A stretch of 64,000 nucleotides of DNA, taken from NCBI GenBank assembly GCA_018883245.1, contig VEQL01000011.1, forward strand, positions 2,720 through 66,719. The letters run 5' to 3'. The number at the start of each line of letters is the position of its first letter. The first letter of the stretch is position 1. The notes below the pieces were generated by a model that worked only from the letters and a program-made list of their open reading frames with translations, was not told where the DNA came from and did no database searches. Position numbers and translations under genes: made by a program. Below are positions 28,977-37,690 of the stretch, one piece after another. The stretch comes from Chthoniobacterales bacterium (GTDB taxonomy: Bacteria; Verrucomicrobiota; Verrucomicrobiia; Chthoniobacterales; JACTMZ01).

Positions 28977-29548
28977 ACCCGCTCGTAGAGCCGAAGCAAC
29001 TCCCGGCCTTCCCTCTCGGGATATGTGGGGATCTCAAAATGCTCCTCCAGCAAACGGAAGTTTTCCCCGAACAGCGCGTCGAGTTCCCCGCGCGTGCATC
29101 CGAACGGCGGCCCCTCGCCCCCGTTGTCCGGGTCGGCGTAAAAGACCGCCAGCAACCGACCGCCGGGCTTCAGCACCGAGGACACAGCACGGACGTAATC
29201 CGCGCGCCGCGCGGGATCAATGGCGCAGAAGCAAGTGTGCTCGAACACACCGTCGAAGGCGCCGAGCCACTCGTCGTGTGGATCGAAGAGATCACCGAGC
29301 TGGTATGACTCTTCGCCGGCAGGCGCATGGGCCCGCGCACGTTCGATGGCCAAGGGGGCAACGTCGAGCCCCACCGGCGCCAGGCCGAACCGCGAAAGCT
29401 CGCGAACGTCATGTCCGGTGCCGCACCCCGGAACGAGCACACGGCCGTCGAGCACACCGCGGGCCAGCATTCCGCCGAGGACGGGATGCGCCACGCCCTT
29501 TTCCCAAGGCGTGTCGCCTTCCTCGTAGCGCCGGTTCCAGTCGGTCAT
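28973..29548 (-). CDS. TPMT-family SAM-dependent (thiol/halide/chalcogen) methyltransferase
   Basis: WNRRYEEGDTPWEKG is the characteristic TPMT/HOL-type N-terminus. SAM motif I is VLVPGCGTGHDV. The ATG at 29548 forms an ATGA overlap with the upstream stop; an alternative ATG lies at 29560. Confidence 0.75.
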   Translation of the reverse strand: MTDWNRRYEEGDTPWEKGVAHPVLGGMLARGVLDGRVLVPGCGTGHDVRELSRFGLAPVGLDVAPLAIERARAHAPAGEESYQLGDLFDPHDEWLGAFDGVFEHTCFCAIDPARRADYVRAVSSVLKPGGRLLAVFYADPDNGGEGPPFGCTRGELDALFGENFRLLEEHFEIPTYPEREGRELLRLYERV

Positions 29549-30306
29549 CGTCGAACCCATCGTGTTCCCCAAGCCACGGTCCATTGGTATTTGCGCGCGT
29601 GCTCGCGGATGAGAAACGGCAGATCCTTGGAAAGCTTGAGTTCGAAGTGCGGCTCGAGGATGCGCGCGAGTTCCGACGCGCTTCCCGCAGCCTGTGTTCC
29701 GCCGATCCACTTTTCCTTGGGCGCGAACTCTTCCAGCCAGGTGAAGGGCGTGGTCATCAGCAACTGGCCGCCCGGTTTGACCAGCGACGGCAGGCGGGCG
29801 AGGAACTTCGCCGGATCCGGAAGGCGGCAGACAAGATTCGCGGCGAGGACCACGTCGAATGCCCCCAGATCCTCCGGCAGTTGCATGGCATCGCCAACGG
29901 AAAATTTCACGCGGTCGGCATCGATTCCCGCGGGAATTTTCGCCGTGGCGCGCGCCGTGCGGGCACCCTCGACGGTATATTCGTAATCCAAGTTTCCGGC
30001 CGTCCGGATTTGTTCCGCCGCCGCAATGAACGCGCGCGAGAAATCGATTCCGATCACCTCGCCGCAATGACCGGCAAGTTCGAAAGCGGATCTTCCCACC
30101 GCGCAGCCCAGATCCAGCGCCCGCGATCCGCGACCCAGCGAGGATGAGTTCAGCAACTCGCTGACGCAGCGCCGCGCAAATTCCAACGCATCACGCGGTC
30201 CGGACTTCCACGGCAAAACCTCCTCCGGCTCCCCGTAGTGGAACAAAAGATATTCCCGGACAAGCCGGTCGCTTTCGTAGATCGCCGCCACCACGCCTCC
30301 GGCCAC
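29545..30306 (-). CDS. Class I SAM-dependent methyltransferase, resembling stand-alone homologues of the OvoA C-terminal (mercaptohistidine N-methyltransferase-like) domain
   Basis: N-terminal YESDRLVREYLLFHYG, SAM motif LDLGCAVGRSAFELA, and C-terminal TTPFTWLEEF...PFLIREHARKYQW. The subfamily was assigned from memory of the family pattern and has not been searched. Confidence 0.7.
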   Translation of the reverse strand: MAGGVVAAIYESDRLVREYLLFHYGEPEEVLPWKSGPRDALEFARRCVSELLNSSSLGRGSRALDLGCAVGRSAFELAGHCGEVIGIDFSRAFIAAAEQIRTAGNLDYEYTVEGARTARATAKIPAGIDADRVKFSVGDAMQLPEDLGAFDVVLAANLVCRLPDPAKFLARLPSLVKPGGQLLMTTPFTWLEEFAPKEKWIGGTQAAGSASELARILEPHFELKLSKDLPFLIREHARKYQWTVAWGTRWVRR

Positions 30307-30310
30307 CCCC

Positions 30311-31450
30311 CTATTTCAGCAGGCCTTCCATGTAGGGCGCGGGCCGGAAGTTTTCGAGCAAAACCTCGACCTTCCCGTCGCGGCATATGCGGACTTCGGA
30401 TGCTGTGATCTCGGGCGTTTTCTCCGGGGAGAAAAGAATATCGTCGTGCGTCGCGTTCATTTTGTTGGCAAAGCGGTCCGGTGTGAGACTCCCGCCCAAA
30501 TGGTCGCTGCGGCCGGTGGCAATGTGGAACGTTCCGCGGATTTTTTCGTCCTGTATGTCGCGGCCGGACACCGGGAGCACCTGCGTGCCGAAACCGAGTT
30601 CGCCGAGTTCGCCGGTGACGGGATCACCTTGGAGCTTGCGGTTGTGCGCTTCGATGGTCGGGGCGTTGCCCTTGATAAGCGTCGCCTTGGCGATCCGCCC
30701 GCCGGTCACGTGCATGAGGCCGAGGGTCCCGTCCTCGTATTTCATGGGGAACTCACCTTCCGCGCCGACCGGCACAAAATAAATTTCGCCAGCGGGAAGA
30801 TTGGCGACATCCGGTTCGGTGCCGCGGCAAAGGCCGTGGCTTTTTTGCGCCTCCTGCTTGCCGAGTTCCAATTTGAGCGTGTGCTTTTTGTCGCCCAGAT
30901 AAAAATCCAGCTCCACCCAGTCGGCGCGGGTCATGCCTTGCCGCAGCTTCTCGGCTTCGGCGCTCACTTCGTCATAATCGACGGCCAGGCCCGAACCCAG
31001 GATGATGTCGTTGACCCCGTGCAACGTGGCGCCGCGGAAGCCGTGTTTCTTCGCGGATGCGGTGAGCGGTGCAGTCGCCGAATAAGTGGATACGCAGAGA
31101 ATAAGGTCGTAATTGGGATAAATATCTTTTTCGAAGCTGACCTGTTTGCCCTCTGGCGTGAACGCTTCATCGGGGAGGTCGAGGTTGCTGCCGCCGGTCA
31201 TTTCGTAGGCGTAAAGCTCGCCACCCTTGAGCCCGAGTTCCGCGAGAACACCGCTCTTGAGGCCCTGGTAGAAAACATCGTGCGCCTTCCGCTGCACGGT
31301 CAAAGCCTGATCCTGGAGAAACTTGAACCCTTCGATGTCGCGCGGATTTTTCAGATCGATAAGGACCGCGACACGCTGCCCGGGCTTCGGATCGAATGTG
31401 GTCTTGAGCAGACGGCTCAAACTGAACGGAGGAAAGGTGCGGTTGCTCAT
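30311..31450 (-). CDS. M29 (aminopeptidase T/AmpS)-like protein
   Basis: 379 aa. NLPAGEIYFVP, GELGELGFGTQ and DEKIRGTFHIATG parallel the conserved NxPxxEvFtxP / GEfgiGtN / DEKixGtvHiAlG blocks of Peptidase_M29. Assigned by eye. Confidence 0.55.
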   Translation of the reverse strand: MSNRTFPPFSLSRLLKTTFDPKPGQRVAVLIDLKNPRDIEGFKFLQDQALTVQRKAHDVFYQGLKSGVLAELGLKGGELYAYEMTGGSNLDLPDEAFTPEGKQVSFEKDIYPNYDLILCVSTYSATAPLTASAKKHGFRGATLHGVNDIILGSGLAVDYDEVSAEAEKLRQGMTRADWVELDFYLGDKKHTLKLELGKQEAQKSHGLCRGTEPDVANLPAGEIYFVPVGAEGEFPMKYEDGTLGLMHVTGGRIAKATLIKGNAPTIEAHNRKLQGDPVTGELGELGFGTQVLPVSGRDIQDEKIRGTFHIATGRSDHLGGSLTPDRFANKMNATHDDILFSPEKTPEITASEVRICRDGKVEVLLENFRPAPYMEGLLK

Positions 31451-31458
31451 AATTTAAT

Positions 31459-32874
31459 GTGGGTGGAATTCTACAACACGATCGGATAGGAATGGAAGCA
31501 CTGCGCAGCAGCATGCAACAGCCAACAAACGACGAAAAAGTAGCGGTCGTCGTGCCGCTCTTTCCGCGCATGCCGGGACTGCGCAAGTCGCTCGAGTCCC
31601 TGCTCTCCCAAAGCAGGCGGCCCGATACGGTGGTCCTGCTCGACGACGGAACAAGCAAAGAAGCGGATACCGCAGCAAAAACTCTCGACGGTATTGGCAC
31701 TGAGATTGTGCAAGTTCCCCACGGCCCTCTGCCTGCCGCGGTCAACCACGTGGCCAAACACTTGTCGGAGACGGACTACATCGCCTTTCTGCAGGCAGGC
31801 GACGCTTATGCCCCGGCACGGATCGAGCGTTGCCTCGTCGAAATGCGCGACGCGCACGCCATACGCCCACCCGCGGTCGCCGTGACCGCCCTCGTCGCCG
31901 TGGACAGCCGCGGCGAAAACATTCCGGAGGAGGACCGGCGCAGCCAATTTTACGATCGTCTCTGGGAGCCGGGCAGGTGCGGCATTGGTCTGGCCGATTG
32001 GCTCGGCGCGGGAAACTTCGCCGGCCCGCTTTCCAATTTGTTCGTGCGCCGTGCCTTTCTCGAAGGCAATCCACTTCCCGAAGACGTGCCTATTTTGGTC
32101 CAGTGGTTGACGGTTTTGACCGGATTGCGAGGTCTTCTGACGGTCATCGACGAGCCTCTGCTCCGCCACTACCCGGGCGGCGGACAGCCCGAGCACTCCG
32201 CCAGCACGGCCACGGACCTGCTGCGCATGCAGGTCAAAATCCTGAAGACACTCGGGGACAAATTGCCGGACTCGCCCGAGACGCGCCGCAACCTCGTGAA
32301 CTACCACCGCGCCGCATGGCAGAATATTTCCGGTGTCCGCGAAGACTTGTTCCAGCAAGTCGTCCTCTGCCTCGCCGCCGATGCGGACGAAAGGCTCGCG
32401 GAACGCCTCACCGAAAGAATTTCCAACGCACTCGGGGCACTCGCCATGCCCGCGCGGCTCGAGGATCTCCTGACGGGCGGAGACGCCCCCGACTTGGCCG
32501 CTTACGCCTCCGCCCTGCGGCGCACACGCGAAGATCTAACCAAGATGCGGGCAGAGAACGAACGGCTCGGGAAAATCGCCGAGGCCGCGAAAAATTCCGG
32601 GTGGATCCGCTTCGGCGCATGGCTGGGTGATCGCAGCGCACGCCGGATGCTCGAAATGGACGAACTCGCAGTGTCAGGCCTGCAGGCGCCAGATGGCAAA
32701 ATTCAAGGCGGCGGCAAAACCCGTCCAAAGCCCGTAGGGCGCAAGCAGCCATCCGGCGACGGGACGCACACGGAAAAAGGCGCGCAGGGTGAGAATGACA
32801 AAAATGCAAAGGACGAGAATCTCGGCGAAAGCCAAACCCGGGCTGCGCAAACCGAAGAAGAGGGGCGTCCATAG
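31459..32874 (+). CDS. GT2-family glycosyltransferase with a coiled-coil/low-complexity C-terminal extension
   Basis: VAVVVPLFPRMPGLRKSLESLLSQSRRPDTVVLLDDGTS is a GT-A N-terminus with the DD motif. Alternative ATGs lie at 31492 and 31513. The last 201 nt overlap the convergent tspO. Confidence 0.65.
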   Translation: MGGILQHDRIGMEALRSSMQQPTNDEKVAVVVPLFPRMPGLRKSLESLLSQSRRPDTVVLLDDGTSKEADTAAKTLDGIGTEIVQVPHGPLPAAVNHVAKHLSETDYIAFLQAGDAYAPARIERCLVEMRDAHAIRPPAVAVTALVAVDSRGENIPEEDRRSQFYDRLWEPGRCGIGLADWLGAGNFAGPLSNLFVRRAFLEGNPLPEDVPILVQWLTVLTGLRGLLTVIDEPLLRHYPGGGQPEHSASTATDLLRMQVKILKTLGDKLPDSPETRRNLVNYHRAAWQNISGVREDLFQQVVLCLAADADERLAERLTERISNALGALAMPARLEDLLTGGDAPDLAAYASALRRTREDLTKMRAENERLGKIAEAAKNSGWIRFGAWLGDRSARRMLEMDELAVSGLQAPDGKIQGGGKTRPKPVGRKQPSGDGTHTEKGAQGENDKNAKDENLGESQTRAAQTEEEGRP

Positions 32875-33135
32875 CGCGTTGAGCGCGAGCTGCACGAGGT
32901 AAATCCCCAAGGGACGACTCTGCTTCCGCCATCCGCCGCATTGCCAGACGAGCCAAGCGGCGACGGCCATCATGATGTAAAGCACTGTCCATACCGGACC
33001 AAAGACCCACGCGGGCGGGCTCCAGGCAGGTTTGACCAGCTCGTCGTAATAGCCCGCCGGCTGGATGAAAATGCCTGTGAGCGCCGCGCAGAATGTCAAT
33101 GCGAGCCAGGCGACCAGTGCCGGCGCGCTTTTCAC
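32674..33135 (-). CDS. tspO: TspO/MBR tryptophan-rich sensory protein
   Basis: PAWSPPAWVFGPVWTVLYIMM, LALNALWTPLFFG, LLAPYGLWTGFAAALN. The start was trimmed to the GTG at 33135 (153 aa), which overlaps the RND permease stop (GTGA). Confidence 0.85.
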   Translation of the reverse strand: MKSAPALVAWLALTFCAALTGIFIQPAGYYDELVKPAWSPPAWVFGPVWTVLYIMMAVAAWLVWQCGGWRKQSRPLGIYLVQLALNALWTPLFFGLRSPGLAFAEILVLCIFVILTLRAFFRVRPVAGWLLAPYGLWTGFAAALNFAIWRLQA

Positions 33136-36100
33136 TTTGGGGAAGCTTCTGTCCCGGATTCGCCCGGTTTCGATCCGGACAATTTTTCCACCACGTAGAA
33201 AGTCACCGGAATGATGAAAATGGCGAACAGCGTGGCGGCAAGCATGCCTCCTATGACAGCTGTGCCCATGGTCTGGCGCGAGATCGCGCCCGAGCCGGTG
33301 GCAGTCCACAACGGGACGCATCCGAGAATGAAGGCGAAGGCGGTCATGAGGATCGGGCGAAGGCGGACACGCGCACCTGCAAGCGCGGCATCGAAAAGAT
33401 TTTTACCGCCCTCGTATTCCGACTTGCAGAACTCGACGATAAGGATCGCGTTCTTGGCCGCGAGGCCGATGAGCATGATGAGGCCGATCTGCGCGTAGAT
33501 GTTGTTGTCCATCGAGCGTCCCCACAGCGCGAAGAACGCGCCGAAGACGGCGATGGGCGTGCCGAGGAGGACACTGAACGGAAGCGACCAGCTTTCGTAT
33601 TGCGCGGCAAGGATGAGGAACACGAAGACCAGGGCCAGGGCGAAAATGACGGCGGGCGACACACCTTCGGCCGCCTGCTTTTCCTGGAACGACATGCCCA
33701 GGTAATTGTAGCTCATTTCCTTCGGCATGGTCTGGGCGAAGACTTCTTCGAGGGCGGCCATCGCCTGGTTTGCACTGTAGCCGGGCGCGGCATTGGCGTT
33801 GATCTGCGCCGAACGATACATGTTGAAGCGCATGGTGAATTCCGGGCCGTAGCGGGGTTTGGACGTGATGAGCGCGGAAAGCGGAACGGATTTTCCCTCG
33901 CCGTTGCGAACATAGAACTGCCCGGCCTTCTCGATCGAATTGCGGAACTCGCCGGCGGCCTGCACATAGACCTGCCACTGCAGGCCGAAACGGTTGAAGT
34001 AGTTCACCATCGTGCCGCCCAGGAATGTCTGCAGCGTGTTGTAGGCGCTGTCGATCGGAACACCCTGGGTCATGGCCATCTCGCGATCGACGTCCATTTT
34101 GATCTGCGGGACGCTCGGAAGCAGCGTCGTGTTGAGGCGTTCAAGTTCCGGGCGTTTGGATGCGGCCTCGATGAACACCCTCGTGTTTTGGGCGAGGAAA
34201 TCGACCGATCCCCCGCTGCGGTCCTGCAGCACGAAGTTGACACCGCCCGAAGTGCCGACACCGGGAATGGCCGGCGGCGAAAAGGCGAACGCGATTCCTT
34301 CGGGCAACGCGGCCAACTGCGCGTTGATCCGGCGCATGATGTTCTTGTATTGCAACTCGGGCGTGGTGCGCTGATCCCAATCCTTGAGCGTGACGAAGAA
34401 AAATCCATTGTATGTCGTCTGCACCGTGCTCAGAAGGTTGAAGCCCACGACCGTCGTCACATATTCCACCCCGGGCGTGTTCATCATGATCTGTTCGATC
34501 TGTTTGCACGCTTGGCTGGTGCGTTCCATCGACGAGGCATCGGGCAGTTGCACGCCGGCGTAAAAATACCCCTGGTCCTCTTCGGGCAGGAACGCAGGCG
34601 GAAGCTTCTTGCCGAAGAATCCCGCCAGCACCCCCATCACGACGAGGAACCCGAGGCTGATGACAAGTTTGCGGATCGCGGTGCCGCAGAGACGCACGTA
34701 GTTGTCGGTCGCGCGTCCGAACACGCGGTTGAACCAGTCGTAGAAAACGCCGAGCGGCCCGCGCGTTTTTCCCGTCTTGGGCCTGAGAATGAGCGCGGAA
34801 AGCGCCGGGCTGAGGGAAAGGGCGTTGAAAGCCGAGATGCAGACCGAGATGGCAATGGTGACGGCGAATTGCTGGTAGAGACTTCCGGTGATGCCGGGAA
34901 TGAAGATCGTCGGGATGAAGACCGAGGAAAGCACGAGTGCGATCGCGACCACGGGGCCGGACACTTCCTGCATGGCTTTGATCGTGGCATCGCGCGGGCT
35001 CATCCCCTGCTCGATATGGTGCTCCACGGCCTCGACCACGACGATGGCGTCATCGACGACGAGGCCGATGGCCAGCACGAGCCCGAAGAGCGAAAGCGTG
35101 TTGATGGAAAAACCGACGAGCGGGAACAAGGCGAACGTTCCGATGAGCGAGACCGGAACGGCCAGCAGCGGGATGAGCGTTGCGCGCCAGCCCTGGAGAA
35201 AAACGAAGACGACGACTATGACAAGCAGCAGCGCCTCGAAGAGCGTCTTGACGATTTCCTCGATGCCGGCGGTGACCGCCTTGGTCGTGTCGAGCGACTC
35301 GACGTAGGCGAGCCCGGGCGGGAAGCGCTCCGAAAGCTGCTGCATCAATTTCTTTGCGCTCTCCGCTGCGTCGAGCGCGTTCGAGCCTGGCGTCTGGTAA
35401 CAGGCGATGATCGCCGAAGGTTTCCCGTTGAAGCGGCCTTGCAGGTTGTAGTTCTGCGCGCCGAGCTGGATCTCCGCCACGTCCTTGAGCAGCAACGTCG
35501 AGCCGTCCTGGTTGGCACGCACGATGATGTTGCCGAATTCCTCGATCGTCGTGAGATATCCCTGCGTGATGACCGACTTGGCGAACTCCTGGCCTTGCGG
35601 GACGGGAGGCGCGCCGACTTTGCCCGCCGGATTGACGCGGTTCTGAGAGCGCACGGCAGCGACGATCTCGTCGGTGGTGACATCAAGTTTGGCCAGCTGG
35701 TCGGGGCGCACCCAGATGCGCATCGCGTATTGGCCGGCTCCGAAAATCGAGACCTGCGAGATGCCCTGCACGCGGCCGAGTTCGTTGTTGATGTTGATGT
35801 AGGCGTAGTTGGCGAGGAAGGTCGCGTCGAACTCGTCGTTGGGCGAATAAAGCGAGAAGAGCAGCAGCGGGGCCGACGTGCTTTTCTGCACGGTCACGCC
35901 GTAATTGGAAACTGCCGCGGGCAATTGCGAGACGGCCTGACTCTGGCGCATCTGCGTGAGAATCTGGTCGGTCGTCGCGTCGGTCTGGACGCCAAAGAAA
36001 ACGTTCAGCGTCATCTGCCCGTTGTTCGCGTTGATGGAATACATGTATTCCATGTTGTCCACGCCGTTGACCTGCTGCTCGATCGGCGTGGCCACCGATT

Positions 36101-36275
36101 GTTCGACAGTGAGCGCGTCGGCACCCACGTAGGTCGCCATAACCTGGATCTGCGGGGGAACGATGTTCGGGTATTGCGCGACCGGCAGCCCGGCCATGGA
36201 AACCAAGCCGACGATGACCGTGATGATGGCGATGACCATCGCCACGATCGGACGGTTGATGAAGAACTGCGGCAT
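33132..36275 (-). CDS. RND efflux permease (HAE1, AcrB/MexB-like)
   Basis: 1047 aa. MPQFFINRPIVAMVIAIITVIVG, a 12-TM pattern with two large periplasmic loops, and GLVVDDAIVVVE. Confidence 0.95.
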   Translation of the reverse strand: MPQFFINRPIVAMVIAIITVIVGLVSMAGLPVAQYPNIVPPQIQVMATYVGADALTVEQSVATPIEQQVNGVDNMEYMYSINANNGQMTLNVFFGVQTDATTDQILTQMRQSQAVSQLPAAVSNYGVTVQKSTSAPLLLFSLYSPNDEFDATFLANYAYININNELGRVQGISQVSIFGAGQYAMRIWVRPDQLAKLDVTTDEIVAAVRSQNRVNPAGKVGAPPVPQGQEFAKSVITQGYLTTIEEFGNIIVRANQDGSTLLLKDVAEIQLGAQNYNLQGRFNGKPSAIIACYQTPGSNALDAAESAKKLMQQLSERFPPGLAYVESLDTTKAVTAGIEEIVKTLFEALLLVIVVVFVFLQGWRATLIPLLAVPVSLIGTFALFPLVGFSINTLSLFGLVLAIGLVVDDAIVVVEAVEHHIEQGMSPRDATIKAMQEVSGPVVAIALVLSSVFIPTIFIPGITGSLYQQFAVTIAISVCISAFNALSLSPALSALILRPKTGKTRGPLGVFYDWFNRVFGRATDNYVRLCGTAIRKLVISLGFLVVMGVLAGFFGKKLPPAFLPEEDQGYFYAGVQLPDASSMERTSQACKQIEQIMMNTPGVEYVTTVVGFNLLSTVQTTYNGFFFVTLKDWDQRTTPELQYKNIMRRINAQLAALPEGIAFAFSPPAIPGVGTSGGVNFVLQDRSGGSVDFLAQNTRVFIEAASKRPELERLNTTLLPSVPQIKMDVDREMAMTQGVPIDSAYNTLQTFLGGTMVNYFNRFGLQWQVYVQAAGEFRNSIEKAGQFYVRNGEGKSVPLSALITSKPRYGPEFTMRFNMYRSAQINANAAPGYSANQAMAALEEVFAQTMPKEMSYNYLGMSFQEKQAAEGVSPAVIFALALVFVFLILAAQYESWSLPFSVLLGTPIAVFGAFFALWGRSMDNNIYAQIGLIMLIGLAAKNAILIVEFCKSEYEGGKNLFDAALAGARVRLRPILMTAFAFILGCVPLWTATGSGAISRQTMGTAVIGGMLAATLFAIFIIPVTFYVVEKLSGSKPGESGTEASPK

Positions 36276-36296
36276 GGCGTTCGATGCGGGCGATCC

Positions 36297-37598
36297 TCAG
36301 GCGCCGGGCGCAGGTGATGCTGCAGGCGACGGTGTCGGAGCGGGCGTGGGCGGCACGACGGGCTCGGCAGGAGCGGGCGCTCCCTCGAGGGCGGCCTCGG
36401 GCGGCAATCGCTGGAAATCCGTATCTTCCGGTTCGACGGGAGCCGGCAAGGTGGGATCCTCGGCGAATCCGGGCGGCATCTTCCACGGAGTGGTTTTCAC
36501 CGTCATTCCCTGGCGCAGCTTCTGCATTCCCTCGACGACAACGTTTTCACCCGGCTTGAGCCCGTCGGTCACCACCTGCATCGACGCGTAAGTCGGACCG
36601 GTCTCCACGATGCGCAAATCGACTTTTCCGTCCGGGCCGACAACGGCGATCTGGGATTTGCCTTGGAGATCGTTGATCGCGCGCTGCGGGACGAGGAGCG
36701 CGTCTTTCACCCAGCTGGTGACGCCGCGCACGCGGGCGAACTGGCCGGTGCGGAGGAGGTTACCGGGGTTCGCAAACTCGGCCTCGGCCTGCAGCGATCC
36801 GGTATTCTGGCTTACTTGGTTGTTGATCGCCAGAAGGCGGCCGGGCTGCGGGTAAATCGTCTGATCGCTCAGCATGATCTGCAAACCGAGCCCGCCGCGC
36901 TGCGATACCTTCAAGAGATGCGCGGGATCTCCGAAGTAAGGTTTGATGTAGCTGATGTATTCGTTCTCGCTGACGAAGAACCGCACTTTGATCGGATCGA
37001 CCATGGTCACAGTGGTGAGCGTGCCGGAGGACGGTCCGATGAGGTTGCCCACCTGGGCCTTGGCGATCCCCGCCAAACCATCGACCGGCGCGGTGATGCT
37101 GGTGAATTCGAGGTTCAGGCGCGCCTGTTCCACGGCTGCTTGTGCCGCGGACACCGCCGCCTTGCTCGATTCGAAGCTCTGGATCTGGTCGTCGTATTGC
37201 TCGCGGCTTATGACGTTTTTCGCCAACAGGTCCACCGCGCGCTTGGCGTTGGCTTCGTCGCGGATGAGCAGGGCCTGCGCCTGCTCGAGCTGTCCCGAGG
37301 CCTGATCAAGCGCGGCTTTGAACGGACGCGGGTCAATCTGGAAAAGCAACTGGCCTTTCTTGACCAGCGAGCCGTCCACGTAATCTTGCGACACGAGGTA
37401 GCCGGATACCTGCGCGAGGATGTCGGCATTGACCATGCCGTAGGTCAGTCCGACCCATTCCCGGACGACGGGCACACTTTTCTGCACCGGCGGGGCAACG
37501 GGAACGGTGAATTCGGGCGGTTGAGGCTTCTGGGGTTTCGGGCAGCCGGTCAGCAGGAGCAAGGCTGCCGCGGCGAAGGGGAAAAATCGTGACTGCAT
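36297..37598 (-). CDS. RND efflux periplasmic adaptor (membrane fusion protein) lipoprotein
   Basis: Lipobox LLLLTGCP, an alpha-hairpin/lipoyl-like core (GQLLFQIDPRPFKAALDQASGQLEQAQA), and a Pro/Ala-rich C-terminal tail. Confidence 0.9.
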   Translation of the reverse strand: MQSRFFPFAAAALLLLTGCPKPQKPQPPEFTVPVAPPVQKSVPVVREWVGLTYGMVNADILAQVSGYLVSQDYVDGSLVKKGQLLFQIDPRPFKAALDQASGQLEQAQALLIRDEANAKRAVDLLAKNVISREQYDDQIQSFESSKAAVSAAQAAVEQARLNLEFTSITAPVDGLAGIAKAQVGNLIGPSSGTLTTVTMVDPIKVRFFVSENEYISYIKPYFGDPAHLLKVSQRGGLGLQIMLSDQTIYPQPGRLLAINNQVSQNTGSLQAEAEFANPGNLLRTGQFARVRGVTSWVKDALLVPQRAINDLQGKSQIAVVGPDGKVDLRIVETGPTYASMQVVTDGLKPGENVVVEGMQKLRQGMTVKTTPWKMPPGFAEDPTLPAPVEPEDTDFQRLPPEAALEGAPAPAEPVVPPTPAPTPSPAASPAPGA

Positions 37599-37690
37599 CT
37601 CCTGCGCATGAAAACGGCTGCCGGGCCCGTTGCACAGCAGAAAACAAAGCGGCTCTGGCCAATCGTCCCGGCCGGTGCTCTATTTTCCGC

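Noticed and set aside
33093-36317. A 1074-aa ORF on the plus strand, antisense to the RND permease
   Set aside because: Its composition (Arg/Asp/Gly/His-rich, no hydrophobic core, no motifs) is typical of antisense frames in high-GC DNA. The opposite strand encodes an unmistakable AcrB-family protein over the same span.
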